Of a DNA stretch of 64,000 nucleotides, positions 48,052 through 58,969 are shown in pieces. The position numbers and the translations under genes were made by a program. The stretch comes from Sulfurimonas sp. (lineage in GTDB: Bacteria; Campylobacterota; Campylobacteria; Campylobacterales; Sulfurimonadaceae): positions 29,720 through 93,719 of the forward strand of contig CBDETZ010000003.1 in the NCBI GenBank assembly GCA_965243085.1, given 5' to 3'. Position 1 is the stretch's first letter, and each line of letters opens with the position of its first letter. The notes under the pieces are model-generated. The model did not search any database, was not told the DNA's origin, and was given only the letters and a program-made list of their open reading frames with translations.

Positions 48052-49025
48052 ATGACTAATATAAATGACATAACATATATTGGCGTTGATATTGCAAAAG
48101 ATAAAATTGATATTTGTATAAATAATGGTAATTCCTCAGGTCATGTATATAGCTCCTACTCCAATAATTTGGATGGTTTTCTAAACTTTTTTCTTTTAGC
48201 TAATAGTATTAATCACTTAAAAAATATAAGGATAGGTCTTGAAGCAACAAGCACCTACATGATAGCATTACAAAAATACTTAGACCTTCATGAAATAAAA
48301 TATATATTAATCAATCCAAATAAATTACATCATTTCATAAAATACAAACATAAAGAAAGTAAAACAGATAAGCTTGATAGTTACTACATCTCAGATTATA
48401 TAATGACATTACGAGATCGAAACTTTAATAGTACTCACTCATCAAGAAAAACGCTTTTTCAGTCTTATAACGCTTATATTAACCTAATCACAACAACAGA
48501 AACAAGGCTAAAAGGTCTTAACGATAGTATCTTAAGCAATGATTTCACAAGCCAAGCTTTACAAAACCAAATCAAAAATTTGAAACTAGCCTTAACTAAG
48601 ACAAAAAATGTAGCACAAAAAGATTTCCTAGAAACTCTCAAAATTTCTATGCCTGAATAAAAAATGATTTGGTTGGTGTAGGAGATAAAACCTTGATGGC
48701 AGTTTTACCAATAATCTACGATATCTCAAATAAATATTCTCTTAACCAACTTCAAAGCTTAGTAGGTCTTGACCCAGTATATAAAAATAGTGGTTCATCA
48801 GTAAATAAAAAACAAAGAATAAGTAAAAAAGGAAATTCAAGAGTACGAGCGGTCCTTTACATGTCCGCAGTATCCTCAATCCGTTCAAATGCAGACCTAT
48901 CACTAAAATACAATCGTCTATTAGACAATGGCAAGCCTCCTATGTTAGCACTAGTCGCAATCATGGCACATATATTTCGAGCAATAGTAAAGAAACTAAA
49001 CTACTACAAAGCTCTCAATGAATAG
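48052..49025 (+). pseudogene. IS110-family DEDD recombinase/transposase, frameshifted
   Basis: YIGVDIAKD, GLEATS, KTDKLD (RuvC-like) then GVGDKT...GLDP...SG.S...ISKKGNSRVRAVLY (Transposase_20-like); stop at 48660, continuation in the -1 frame. Confidence 0.9.
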
Positions 49026-49134
49026 TTAGATTTCTAATGCTTACTAGATTTTAGCTCTTCATTGCTTTCTCTTGGTTTAGTAAGTATTAGAAACTTAATT
49101 AACTTTAAGTACTTTAAAATAATAGGAAACATAA

Positions 49135-49536
49135 ATGCCAACAAAAACAACAAAACCTGAAAGTTCACAAGAAGATATAAAAGATTATTCTCCTCAAAAT
49201 CTAAGCCAAACAAACCCTGCTTTATTTATGGAAAGATATAACAAAAATGAAATTTCTCTTGCTGGTAAAGTAATTGACTTAACAACATCTGACCCTAAAC
49301 CAAAATACGAAAAAGATGGTAGTACACAAGTTATAAATGAAGATGGCAGTATGGCTTTTTGGGAGCCTTTTTACTCAGCTGAAATTATCTTTGAAGGTGG
49401 TTCTATGAGAATGAATTTGCAGTCTTCTATTTATCAAGGTTTGGTAGTAGGTAAAAGATACCTCTTTGAGGGAATGATGGGCTTAGAGTTTAAAAAAATT
49501 AATCCTAAGTTCTACAATGCAACTTTAATAATGTAG
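49135..49536 (+). CDS. Putative single-stranded DNA-binding (OB-fold) protein
   Basis: 133 aa, beta-strand pattern, RBS agga; sits upstream of an RCR Rep. Confidence 0.45.
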   Translation: MPTKTTKPESSQEDIKDYSPQNLSQTNPALFMERYNKNEISLAGKVIDLTTSDPKPKYEKDGSTQVINEDGSMAFWEPFYSAEIIFEGGSMRMNLQSSIYQGLVVGKRYLFEGMMGLEFKKINPKFYNATLIM

Positions 49537-49545
49537 GTTTCCTTT

Positions 49546-49851
49546 ATGCTTTTGAAGAATTTTTCAAGGGCTGAACAAGATTACATTATATTTATGGATA
49601 GTGGTTCAAGTGTTCCTTATCATATGGAAGACGTTCCTTACTATCCTATCCCAGTAATCAAGTTAGAAACTCTTGAATATGAAGACAAGCTTTATATCAA
49701 GTCTAACTCTTTTTATTGCGTTGGTACACGCTTACACTCTTTTGTAAGAAAAATATCAGCACAAGACTATAGAAAAATAAAATCAGAAATAGAAGCTAAA
49801 AAGAAGTCTAATAGCATAGTTGGTAAACAATTAGTTATGGACTTTTCTTAA
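49546..49851 (+). CDS. Hypothetical protein
   Basis: 101-aa ORF in a compact operon. Confidence 0.6.
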   Translation: MLLKNFSRAEQDYIIFMDSGSSVPYHMEDVPYYPIPVIKLETLEYEDKLYIKSNSFYCVGTRLHSFVRKISAQDYRKIKSEIEAKKKSNSIVGKQLVMDFS

Positions 49852-49875
49852 AATTCTATATTTTCGTTTATCTCT

Positions 49876-49898
49876 CCCCCCGTGGTTTAACAAGGGGG
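49876..49898 (+). other. Putative double-strand origin/nick hairpin
   Basis: ccccccgtggtttaacaaggggg, a GC stem with TTAACA in the loop, 70 bp upstream of Rep. Confidence 0.65.
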
Positions 49899-49968
49899 TA
49901 TCAGTAGCCATTAAAAATGAACAAGTCTCTATCGGTAGCCAAATACAAAAAGGAAGAAAAACAAACCT

Positions 49969-52832
49969 ATGAATATAATCTCTCAAACAGTAGACACAAT
50001 AAAAACTCATTACACAATATCAAAAAATATAAATGATGAAGACTTTCTTTTCTATTCTAAAATAATCAAAACTCTAATATCTTTAAAAAAAGACTCACAA
50101 GAACTAAAAAATAACTATGGTTCTATAAAAACAGTTAATTATACTTTTGGTGATTTTAGATTTAACATACTACCAACCTCAATAACTGGTTTCTCCATCG
50201 TAATGCAAAATTCAGATTTCCAATTAGCATTAAGACAATCTAAAAGTAAAATAAATGCTTCACCTCTCATAAAAGCCGAATTTAGAGCAGAATTTCTAGC
50301 AAGATTAGGCTATATAAAATGTTTAGAAATAGTGAATAATTTTGTAAAAGAGTACATTTTAACTGACTGTGAAATAACTATTAGTGAAATACATCTAGCA
50401 TCAGACATACAAGGCTACGATTTTAAGCTATCTCACTTCGCTCAAATGAAAACACGCATGAGAACTGGTAATACTCATGATGAAGAAACTTTAGAAGCTT
50501 CTGCTAGCGTTCATGGTACTATTACTACCTTTACTGGCTTTACATTCGGTAAAGGGGCACCACAATCCACTAAAAATTAAATTTCAAGAGTTGAGCGATA
50601 GAGTCATCTAAATCCCATCTATTGTTAATGAGTTGTTCTTGTATAGATTTTGTACCATTTAGGTGCAAGATATTTAAAATAATGCTTCTGATAATTGTCA
50701 TTAAAAATGGATTTAGATGAGCATTATGGTCATCTTCTAAAAGTGTATTATCTTTGTATTGGTGCATTGTTTCTACCTTCCAATGGAGTAAAATTTTATC
50801 ATGAAAGAACTCCGCATTTTCACGAAAATTTGCTATACAGAACTGAATACTAGTGCTGTTTGTTACTTCTCCTGTTTTATGGTTTGTCTTGTGTATTTTT
50901 TTAATAGTTTTTATGATTGAGCGAACATGGGTAATTTCATTATGATAAAAAGTAGTTGGTTCATATATAAATACTTCTCTATTTATCCACTCATTAGATT
51001 GCTGGATTGGTTTAGCTTTATAAGTGCTTGATGGTTTTATCTCTCTTGATATTTCATTTATTTTATCAAGAAGTGTTTTTTGGTTACCTTTAACTTTAGC
51101 AATATATTTTGAACCACTCTGCTCAATAGAATCAAGAGTTTTTTTGTGTGTTCATCGCATCAAAGGTAAAGAGAAATTCATCTCCAAGCTCTGCTATCAT
51201 AGCTTGTAAAGCAGGTATTTCATTTGATTTCTCTGCAATTTTTTGATGAGCAATAACTACACCTATCTCTGATAAAACTGCACCAACAACTTCTATAGCC
51301 TTTTGGTCTTTATATCTGCTACCATTCATCACTTTACCATCTACGCTTAGATGTTTTCCTGTAGTATCGACATAAATTCTTATCCATTCTCTAAACAAAA
51401 GTTCTACTGCCTCACTATCAACTTTTGCAAGTATATCTGAGACAGCACTTCTTTTTGGTGTTATTATAAATTCTACACCTAGAAGTTTTTTTACTTCTTC
51501 TTTTTGAACATGTTTATCTATCCAAATAGAGATTTGTTTGTAATCTGTAGCTCCCATTAGTCCAGCTAATATAGCTAGATATAAAATATGTTCTAGTTTA
51601 TGCCGTTTCCCTTGACCCTTACGATGGTCTGGAACTCTTGATAGTAACTCTAAAAGTTTATTTGATTCAGCTATTTTTGCATAACCTTTTCTTGAACGCT
51701 TATGTGCTAATTTATCTCTTGCTTTTATTGCCATTTTCTTATCACCTTGTTTTTCTCAAAAGCAAGCAATAATTATTCCACTTTTAATTTCTAGTTATTA
51801 ATGGATTGGGGTGGTAAAGGGGATTACCTACTAAGGATTTACGATAAAACAAAGGAAATTAAAACTTTCAAACATAAATCATTTGCAAAAACTCATTTAT
51901 GGCAAAATAATAAAAATTATAATCCTGATTTGAAAGTATGGCGTTTAGAAATACAAATAAGAAGAGCTAAATTAAAGAAGATGGTTAATTCAAATGGAAA
52001 CACAATGGATAACTATCACAACTGTTTAAACGGAATACCTGATTTATGGTCAAAAGCTCTAGAAGATTATGAAATAAAAGATGTACCAAGAGATAAAACT
52101 TCTGACTTATTCCACGGTGATAGAGTTCAAAAAAATGGTAAAACAGTACTTCTTACAAAACATTCAATAACTAAAATATTTAAACGCTCTCCAAGTCTAT
52201 ATTTTTGGGAAAAACTAAAAACATGGAACCATAACGATAGATTTAACAAAGACATAAAAAAAATAACATGGACTACTAAAAACATAAATATAACTCCTTT
52301 ATATTATTTTGATTACTTAAAACAATTTGGATACTTACCCATCTCAACAGCTCCTAAAACTCCTAATCATGGTTCACAAGAATATGTAAATAATTCTATA
52401 AAGTCTCTATATTCCACACTAGCAAAGCATAAAGGTTCAGTTACAAAAAAAACATTAATAGAAGCCTTTAAAATTGCAAACGAGGACAGTATAAAAAGAA
52501 ATGATGTCTCTCTATTAGAAGATAGTTTTAATAAGCAGTTGGACTGGATGGAACTTGTAGATGGTCATGTTCATTCAGGTGTTCTAAACACACCAGACTA
52601 CAAGTCCTTAGAAACTGAAATAGTAAATGTTATCTCAACTTGTGATAATCACATTAAAAATGTTTTATATTCAGAAGATATTTTACTTAGAATAGAAGCT
52701 CGTATGCACTCTCTCAAACATACACCAGATAAAGTTATTTACAAAGACCTTGACTATCTTGACTCTATGACTACCCGATTAGAAGCAAGACTAGCATTCC
52801 ACCCTATGGAGTACAATCATGCTTTCCGCTAA
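49969..52832 (+). pseudogene. Rep_trans-family rolling-circle initiator interrupted by ISAs1
   Basis: Removing 50558-51822 gives FTFGKGDYLLRIYDKTKE...VWRLEIQIRR; also the ISEIHLASD motif. Confidence 0.82.
50558..51813 (-). mobile_element. ISAs1 type A
   Basis: IRs, perfect 9-bp TSD gtaaagggg. Confidence 0.93.
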
Positions 52833-52965
52833 CGAGCTATTAGTCATTAAAGAATTAGCAATCTTCGGAGAAAAACATAATATCAATAAAACAAATATAT
52901 CAAAAAAAATAGATTTAACTCAAAAAACAGTAAGAAATATTATAAAAAAATTAAAGGAACTCTAA
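52819..52965 (+). CDS. Small winged-HTH DNA-binding protein (48 aa, absent from the ORF track)
   Basis: MLSANELLVIKELAIFGEKHNINKTNISKKIDLTQKTVRNIIKKLKEL; overlaps the Rep stop and ends 1 nt before the next ATG. Confidence 0.65.
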   Translation: MLSANELLVIKELAIFGEKHNINKTNISKKIDLTQKTVRNIIKKLKEL

Positions 52966-52966
52966 A

Positions 52967-53356
52967 ATGTCAAAATTGAATGAACAATCTTCAAGATGGG
53001 ACACAATTAAATATTTTAAAAAAGAAGATTTTGATTGTAGATGTGGCTGTGGTCTCAATAATATTGACTACGCCTTAGTGTTCAAATTAGATAGCGTCCG
53101 TAAGCTATCAGGTATCCCTATCTTTGTTAATTCAGCATGTAGGTGTCATCCACATAATAAAATTATAGGAAGTACTGTAGGCTCTTCACACCCTAAAGGA
53201 CTAGCAATTGATATTCGAATTAGAACCCCCACCCAAAGATTTAAGATCTTAAATGCACTTATAAAAGTAGGTTTTTCTCGTATAGGAATTTACAGAAATT
53301 TTATACATATTGATTTAGACTTATCTAAAGTTCAAAATCTAATCTGGTATAGATAA
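52967..53356 (+). CDS. Peptidase M15A-type D-Ala-D-Ala metallopeptidase (endolysin-like)
   Basis: YFKKEDFDCRCGCG, VNSACRC..HN, SSHPKGLAID, IGIYRNFIHID. Confidence 0.88.
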   Translation: MSKLNEQSSRWDTIKYFKKEDFDCRCGCGLNNIDYALVFKLDSVRKLSGIPIFVNSACRCHPHNKIIGSTVGSSHPKGLAIDIRIRTPTQRFKILNALIKVGFSRIGIYRNFIHIDLDLSKVQNLIWYR

Positions 53357-53379
53357 TTATTTAAAAAAGGATACAAAAA

Positions 53380-53640
53380 ATGCCAAATTTATTCACAATG
53401 GTTCTTCCATATTTATTAGAAATGCTCTTAGCATATATCAAAAGTTCAGATACAACACAAGACGATAAAGTACTAAAGATAGTACAAGAAGGTGCAAGAT
53501 ACTTAGCTCCATGCCCTAATAACAGTTTACAATACTTTGAGGCTGATAAAATTGCAAATGCAACTATGACGACTAAATCTATTGATATTGTACTTCCATC
53601 ATTTGATAATGATGATGGTTTAGCTGATTGGGGTGAATAA
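53380..53640 (+). CDS. Small phage-like protein with hydrophobic N-terminus
   Basis: RBS aagga; follows the peptidase; holin or virion role not established. Confidence 0.6.
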   Translation: MPNLFTMVLPYLLEMLLAYIKSSDTTQDDKVLKIVQEGARYLAPCPNNSLQYFEADKIANATMTTKSIDIVLPSFDNDDGLADWGE

Positions 53641-54533
53641 AACTAACATTTCTCATTCTTATGGAATTATAGATTATCCCGCTCCGTTCTCACTTATATA
53701 CATTTTGGAATTTTATCTTGTTACTAAGACTGTGTTCGTTGCTCTTTTAAATTTTAATTTCCAGGATACTAGGAGGGAAGATTATCTAAATTATTATTTT
53801 GGAAATATACTTAGACTTCTTGATACTAGTAAAGGTAGTAGTGTTAGTTTACCACTTCCTCTTTCTCATATTTCTATTTCTCGTTATAGAATTATTGATT
53901 TAAAAAATATTTCTCTTTCCAATAAAGAAAATTTAGGTTCATACTTGAGCTCTGGAAAGCCTATTTCTAATTATTCTCACGGTAGTGGTTATTCAAGGGA
54001 ATTTCATGACTATTATCATTAGACTTCTTGCAAAACTCCTCTATACCTCAGAGAGCTAAGAAGGACTAAAATTGTGTAAAACAAATTTTTATTCCTAGCC
54101 TAAGCTAAGGGTAAAATATTTTTTTATGCAAGGTTAGTACGTACTGTCCCTTCCATAGGACACTTTATAGAGAGCCTTACTCAGCGTCAAAGAACCCCAA
54201 CCGTAGCTTTGGCGACGCTTGAGAACATTTACTTTGATTAAAACTCTCTATAAAGTGCTAAGGCATATAGGAGTTTTGCAAGAAGTCTATTATTACGAGC
54301 ATGGTTATATTTTAGAAAGGTATGGACTCGAGGGTAGTCTAATTTCTTGTAATGGTGGTCATGATATTTTTTATATTTTTGAAGATTATGTTACTGGTAC
54401 TAGATGTTCCCTTTTAGAGGATCAGCAAATTTATTTTTATAGCTTGGATGTAACATATAAAATAACAAAAAAAAAGACAGACTGCTGCATTCTAGTATGT
54501 TGTGAACCTGACAAGTATGAACTAAGAACTTAA
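53633..54533 (+). pseudogene. Hypothetical protein (~210 aa) interrupted by MITE-A
   Basis: DYYH|YYEHGY rejoins in frame across the att TSD. Confidence 0.75.
54021..54288 (+). mobile_element. MITE-A (subtype b)
   Basis: IRs, att TSD. Confidence 0.95.
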
Positions 54534-54568
54534 AAAAAAATAATATAAAAAAAAAAGGAGTTTTATTT

Positions 54569-55090
54569 ATGAATTGTGAACAAATATTAACAGAAGTAAA
54601 CGATAGAGTTAGTGAAGGATTAGGACTTGGAAGGACTACAAAAGAATATGCAAAAAACATTCAATCAATTTCAGAATCTAGTCATGGTCTCTTGAGCGAT
54701 TTGCATGTATCTAAAATCCCCTCTATTATAACCTCAATGAATATGCTAACAAGAGGTCCTTTGAATAGCCAAAACCAATCTTATCTCCAAGATAACGCTA
54801 GAGGAGCTTTTGAGAATTCTAGTAGTAATAAAGCTGAACTAGTATCTATTAATAGTCATCTTGAGGGATTAATTGCTGCGGCGAATACAGAAATCGAGTA
54901 TGTCCTTGCATGTCTTAATGCTTCTCGTAGTGCCTCTGGCTCTTCCTCTTCTGCCTCATCAAGAGCCTATGCAGCCTATTCAGTATCAACACAAATACTA
55001 AATAAACTTAACAGTACCCCTCCAGTAAATCTATCTTCTATAAACGATAAGCTAGATAGGATATTAAAATTCTTAGGAAACCCAGCATGA
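54569..55090 (+). CDS. Hypothetical helical protein
   Basis: RBS aggag; 173 aa, Ser-rich tract. Confidence 0.75.
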   Translation: MNCEQILTEVNDRVSEGLGLGRTTKEYAKNIQSISESSHGLLSDLHVSKIPSIITSMNMLTRGPLNSQNQSYLQDNARGAFENSSSNKAELVSINSHLEGLIAAANTEIEYVLACLNASRSASGSSSSASSRAYAAYSVSTQILNKLNSTPPVNLSSINDKLDRILKFLGNPA

Positions 55091-56151
55091 ACATTTTAAC
55101 CATAGCCCCATATTTACTGACTATAGGTGGAGTATTAAAATCTTTCTTCCAGTCAAGAAAAACAATAGATATTTTAGCTACTTCCGCAACCATTACCTCT
55201 ATGGTGAACTCTCACCAGTTGAAAATCAAAGAAGCAACGGATACAGACTTAGCGTCATCTCTTGGTGATATAGAAGATTTTGTTTCAGCTGGTCTACCTG
55301 AATTTGAGAAAGACTTTAGAGTTTCAATAGCCAATCCTACTACAATGCCTCACTATCTCAAAAATCAAAATGACTTGGCTATGGCTCAAATAGAAAAGAC
55401 TAACAACCTCACGGAGCAAATGAAGTTCCAAAATGAACTTATAGCAAGGCAATCAAAAGAGGAGTTAAAAAGAAATTCTGTACTTTTTTCAATGGCAGAA
55501 ACAGTGACTGCAGTGCTACCTGCATTAGTGATACAACTTCAAGAAGTTTCTAAAATCGCTAGTGTTATCTCAATCTCTTCAGATATTGAAATCGCTTATC
55601 GTGAGGTTTCTCTAGTTAATCATACTGAACTTATTAAGACTCTTGGTGCTATTACTACGGCTATGAATACAAGTACAGAAACTAAAACAGCTTATGCAGA
55701 GCTATCTTTAACAAATCATGCTGAACTAGTTAGAACTATATCCGTTATAGCATCTAACTTATCATCTGTTTCAAACTTGGCAACATACCAAACAACAGTA
55801 GCAAGTATTACTGATTTAGATGGTAATGTACTAGCACAACTTAGCCCACAAGAACTTTCATCATACAAAGATTTTTCTCTAGCTCGTGCAAAGGAAAAGG
55901 AAAAGGAAATAGGAGACTATCAAACAACACCAGTAGCCATAAAAAACCTTGATGGTAACACAGTAGCAACAGCCAAACCAATGGAAATAACAGCAATTAA
56001 AGACGCTGTGAACACAAAAAATGAAACTGATGAAATGGAGTTTGAATTAGATGAGGAAACACTAGACTATGTTTTTAGTCCTCTTCCTCTCCCAGGTTTC
56101 ACAAAAGCAACACTTGATGAAGATTACAAAGAAATAATAGAAGGAATGTAA
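55087..56151 (+). CDS. Hypothetical protein with two internal repeat pairs
   Basis: 354 aa; 32-aa period (YREVSLVNHTEL / YAELSLTNHAEL) and 44-aa period (YQTTVASITDLDGN / YQTTPVAIKNLDGN). Confidence 0.8.
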   Translation: MNILTIAPYLLTIGGVLKSFFQSRKTIDILATSATITSMVNSHQLKIKEATDTDLASSLGDIEDFVSAGLPEFEKDFRVSIANPTTMPHYLKNQNDLAMAQIEKTNNLTEQMKFQNELIARQSKEELKRNSVLFSMAETVTAVLPALVIQLQEVSKIASVISISSDIEIAYREVSLVNHTELIKTLGAITTAMNTSTETKTAYAELSLTNHAELVRTISVIASNLSSVSNLATYQTTVASITDLDGNVLAQLSPQELSSYKDFSLARAKEKEKEIGDYQTTPVAIKNLDGNTVATAKPMEITAIKDAVNTKNETDEMEFELDEETLDYVFSPLPLPGFTKATLDEDYKEIIEGM

Positions 56152-56153
56152 GA

Positions 56154-56951
56154 ATGGTAAAGCAAGATACGATAACATACCAAACATATAGTGCTAAACC
56201 AAGTATTTTAGGAACTGGTGCAAAGTATGGTATAAATGAAATGGTAGAGACTGGTGTATCAATGGGATTGATGCAAGGTAGAAAAGTAGTAGTAGAGGGT
56301 ATTACGAAAGATATACAAAATGAGTTTGTTAAAGATATGCTTCAAGATGGTTTGAGTGCCGGTCTAGGTTTCTTCTCAAATCAAGCAATGCAATTGCAAG
56401 AAAAGCTACTAGAAAAGGGTTATAATTCTGGTCTTGCTGTCGTCGCAACTTATTATAATAAAGGACTTATTAAAAGGAAATTTCAGCAAAAATTTGGTAG
56501 AGGTCGTAAGGCTACTATGTTTGCTAAATTTCTAGGAGGTAATAATAATAGGGCAGAGGAGAGCCGATTAATAGCTGACTTTGTTCAAATGGATATAGAC
56601 TCTTCGGCGAGTTCTCACGATACTCTAGCTCGTCAAGGTGTCTTAGAAAATCAATTCGTAAATGAAACTCTACAAGTGCAAAAAGAGGGGGTTAGTGCAG
56701 ATATAGCAAGGTTGCAAATTGACGGAATGCGTGACACTTTTGATATGAAAGTAAAAACTTCTTCATTTTTTGTTACTGATAAAAATTTAATTAAGAATAT
56801 GACTGGAATGTCAAGCGTTAAGGATAAGCATATAAAAAAACTAAACTCTTTAAGTGGCTCTATGGTTTTTGAAGATAGTGAGGGTAACTATGTTGGTTAC
56901 GCTGAGGCAGTCACAATTTTAATGAATGGAATGGGGCTACATCGTGCTTAG
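56154..56951 (+). CDS. Hypothetical Gly-rich helical protein
   Basis: 265 aa, translationally coupled to the previous gene. Confidence 0.75.
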   Translation: MVKQDTITYQTYSAKPSILGTGAKYGINEMVETGVSMGLMQGRKVVVEGITKDIQNEFVKDMLQDGLSAGLGFFSNQAMQLQEKLLEKGYNSGLAVVATYYNKGLIKRKFQQKFGRGRKATMFAKFLGGNNNRAEESRLIADFVQMDIDSSASSHDTLARQGVLENQFVNETLQVQKEGVSADIARLQIDGMRDTFDMKVKTSSFFVTDKNLIKNMTGMSSVKDKHIKKLNSLSGSMVFEDSEGNYVGYAEAVTILMNGMGLHRA

Positions 56952-56954
56952 ATT

Positions 56955-57239
56955 TTATTCTATTATTCTTTTTCCATTCTCATCGAATTTAAATTTACTC
57001 ATCTTTTCTAGTATTTGTCTATGGTCTTCGTCTATATCTGCACTGGTTGGACTCATCAAAAAGAGGAACATGCTTATCATCGCTATTATTGTTAGAAACT
57101 CTAAAGCCCTATTTTGCCTATCAGATAAACTATCAACCCACTTACCAAATTCATATAGGACAATCTCAAACCCTAAACCAACTTTCTCCAACCCTAAACC
57201 AATCTTTTCAAGGATATACATATGAGCAACCTTTACCAT
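56955..57239 (-). CDS. Small membrane protein
   Basis: One TM segment; convergent with the main operon. Confidence 0.5.
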   Translation of the reverse strand: MVKVAHMYILEKIGLGLEKVGLGFEIVLYEFGKWVDSLSDRQNRALEFLTIIAMISMFLFLMSPTSADIDEDHRQILEKMSKFKFDENGKRIIE

Positions 57240-57349
57240 GTTAAATTAAAAATAGGCAAACGAACCTTTACAGACAAGGTTTACGCTAATTCTTCTGATA
57301 GCATTATAGCATTTTATAAACAAGCATGTGAAGCTAAAGTTATGGAGAT
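57222..57349 (+). pseudogene. ORF truncated by ISNCY
   Basis: MSNLYHVKLKIG...KVMEI then reads into the IS end. Confidence 0.4.
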
Positions 57350-58969
57350 CAGCAATTCTAACCCAACACCAAAAATCACCACTCAATCATTTTTACAACA
57401 TTAAAAAATAATTAACTAAAAACTTTTTATAGCCGTTAGTATTTTTTACGACTTCAATATCTTCTGTTTTTATTTCAATAAAGCTCCAATTATCACTATT
57501 AATGGGAGTAATAGTATTTTTGACATAGGTATAGCCTTGTGAATATTTACTAGTCCAAATGGATACCATCTATATAGCCTTTTATCATTGTTTGATAGAG
57601 AATATCCCAATCTAAAAAGTAAAAAAATGTTGTGAAAGTATTGATATGGTTAAAGAATGTTTTTCTCTTGTTTATAAGTCCATATAACTCTTTATAATCA
57701 TCATCATATGTTAAGCATAGTGTATGAGTTAAGAATGCTAATATGTTAAAAACAAATAGCAACTCACTTAGTCCTTTTTTGCCGTGTCCAAAGTTATGTT
57801 CAAGATTGTAACCTCCTGTTTTTAATGTATTATTATTCTCATTTTCAATCTTCCATCTAGCACGACCTGCTTCTACAATCTCTTCTACATTTTCATCTTT
57901 AATTATATAGTCTGTTATAAAAGCACCACTATAAATTATCTTCCCTTTTACCTCTTTAACTTCAACACTACACCAATTTACTTTTATAGGATTCTTTTCT
58001 CCTGTAAGTTCTACTTCATGTAGATATTTATAGTTGTAACTCTCTTTTTTTCTTTGTTTATTTAGTTTAGTAGCTGTTTTAGTATCCATATTACCGAGGT
58101 TATCAACCATATGTACAGTTTCATATAATTTTTTATGAGAAGTCTCTTTGCAGACAAATATATAGTTATACTCTTTCTCTCTTATCTTTTTAATAAGTGA
58201 AGTCTTTGAATATAAATCATCGCCCAAGAGTACTAGTTTATATTTTTTAGCGAGTATATGTGTTTTATCTAACCATCTTTTGGATGCGTTAATCTCACAA
58301 TCTTGTTTATCATCTCCATCCGTATTTGATATCATCTCTGGTAATAATGGAAGTATTGTATTGGTCTTTGGTTTTGCTATTATTGGTGTTATTGCACTAT
58401 GGTAATATTGAAGAGTCTCACTACCTTTAGTATCTGTTTTTTTTCTTGTTTGACAATGCTCACAATGTATTTTTGTTGAAGAATGGTAGTAAGTGCCATC
58501 AAGAAGAACAAGGAGTGTCTTATTATCAAAATAGGTATATTTTTCTAAGGTTTTTTTTTCTAAAAGTAGTTTATATATTTTATCGAATGTAGGTTGTAGT
58601 TTATCACTATCTATATCATCTAATGTATCTCGTACATGATTATCACTTGGTATCTTTTTTATACCAAATAGTGATTTAGCATTACTTTTACCGCTTTTTG
58701 TATTCATTTTTCTTGCAAAGTCTAACCAAGATGGATTTTGAAAATAATACATTGCAAATGCTGATAGTGTTATATCACTCATTGTATATATTAGTTTCTC
58801 TTTACTCCTTGAATCTGGTAGTTTTTCAAACTCTTTTGCTATAAGACTTATTATCTGTTTTTGAAAATTCATTTATAAATTCTTTACTGCTAATTTTTAA
58901 AAGTATAGCAATTCTTATACCTTTTATTTTTTTACAAATTTTTTGGGGTAGAGTGAATTAGAATTGCTG
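57350..58969 (-). mobile_element. ISNCY-like element (transposase 57550-58872)
   Basis: Same as 12700-14319; flanks do not match, so no TSD. Confidence 0.92.

Larger units (their letters stand above)
47814..57349 (+). mobile_element. Putative integrated rolling-circle phage-like element (both ends obscured by IS)
   Basis: Compact, almost entirely co-oriented run: IS110 recombinase, SSB-like gene, origin hairpin, Rep_trans, wHTH, M15 peptidase, unknown proteins. Confidence 0.65.

Noticed and set aside
47814-57349. Assignment to Inoviridae or Microviridae
   Set aside because: No Zot/pI ATPase, no small TM major coat protein and no recognisable VP1; the Rep is not HUH type; the family is left open
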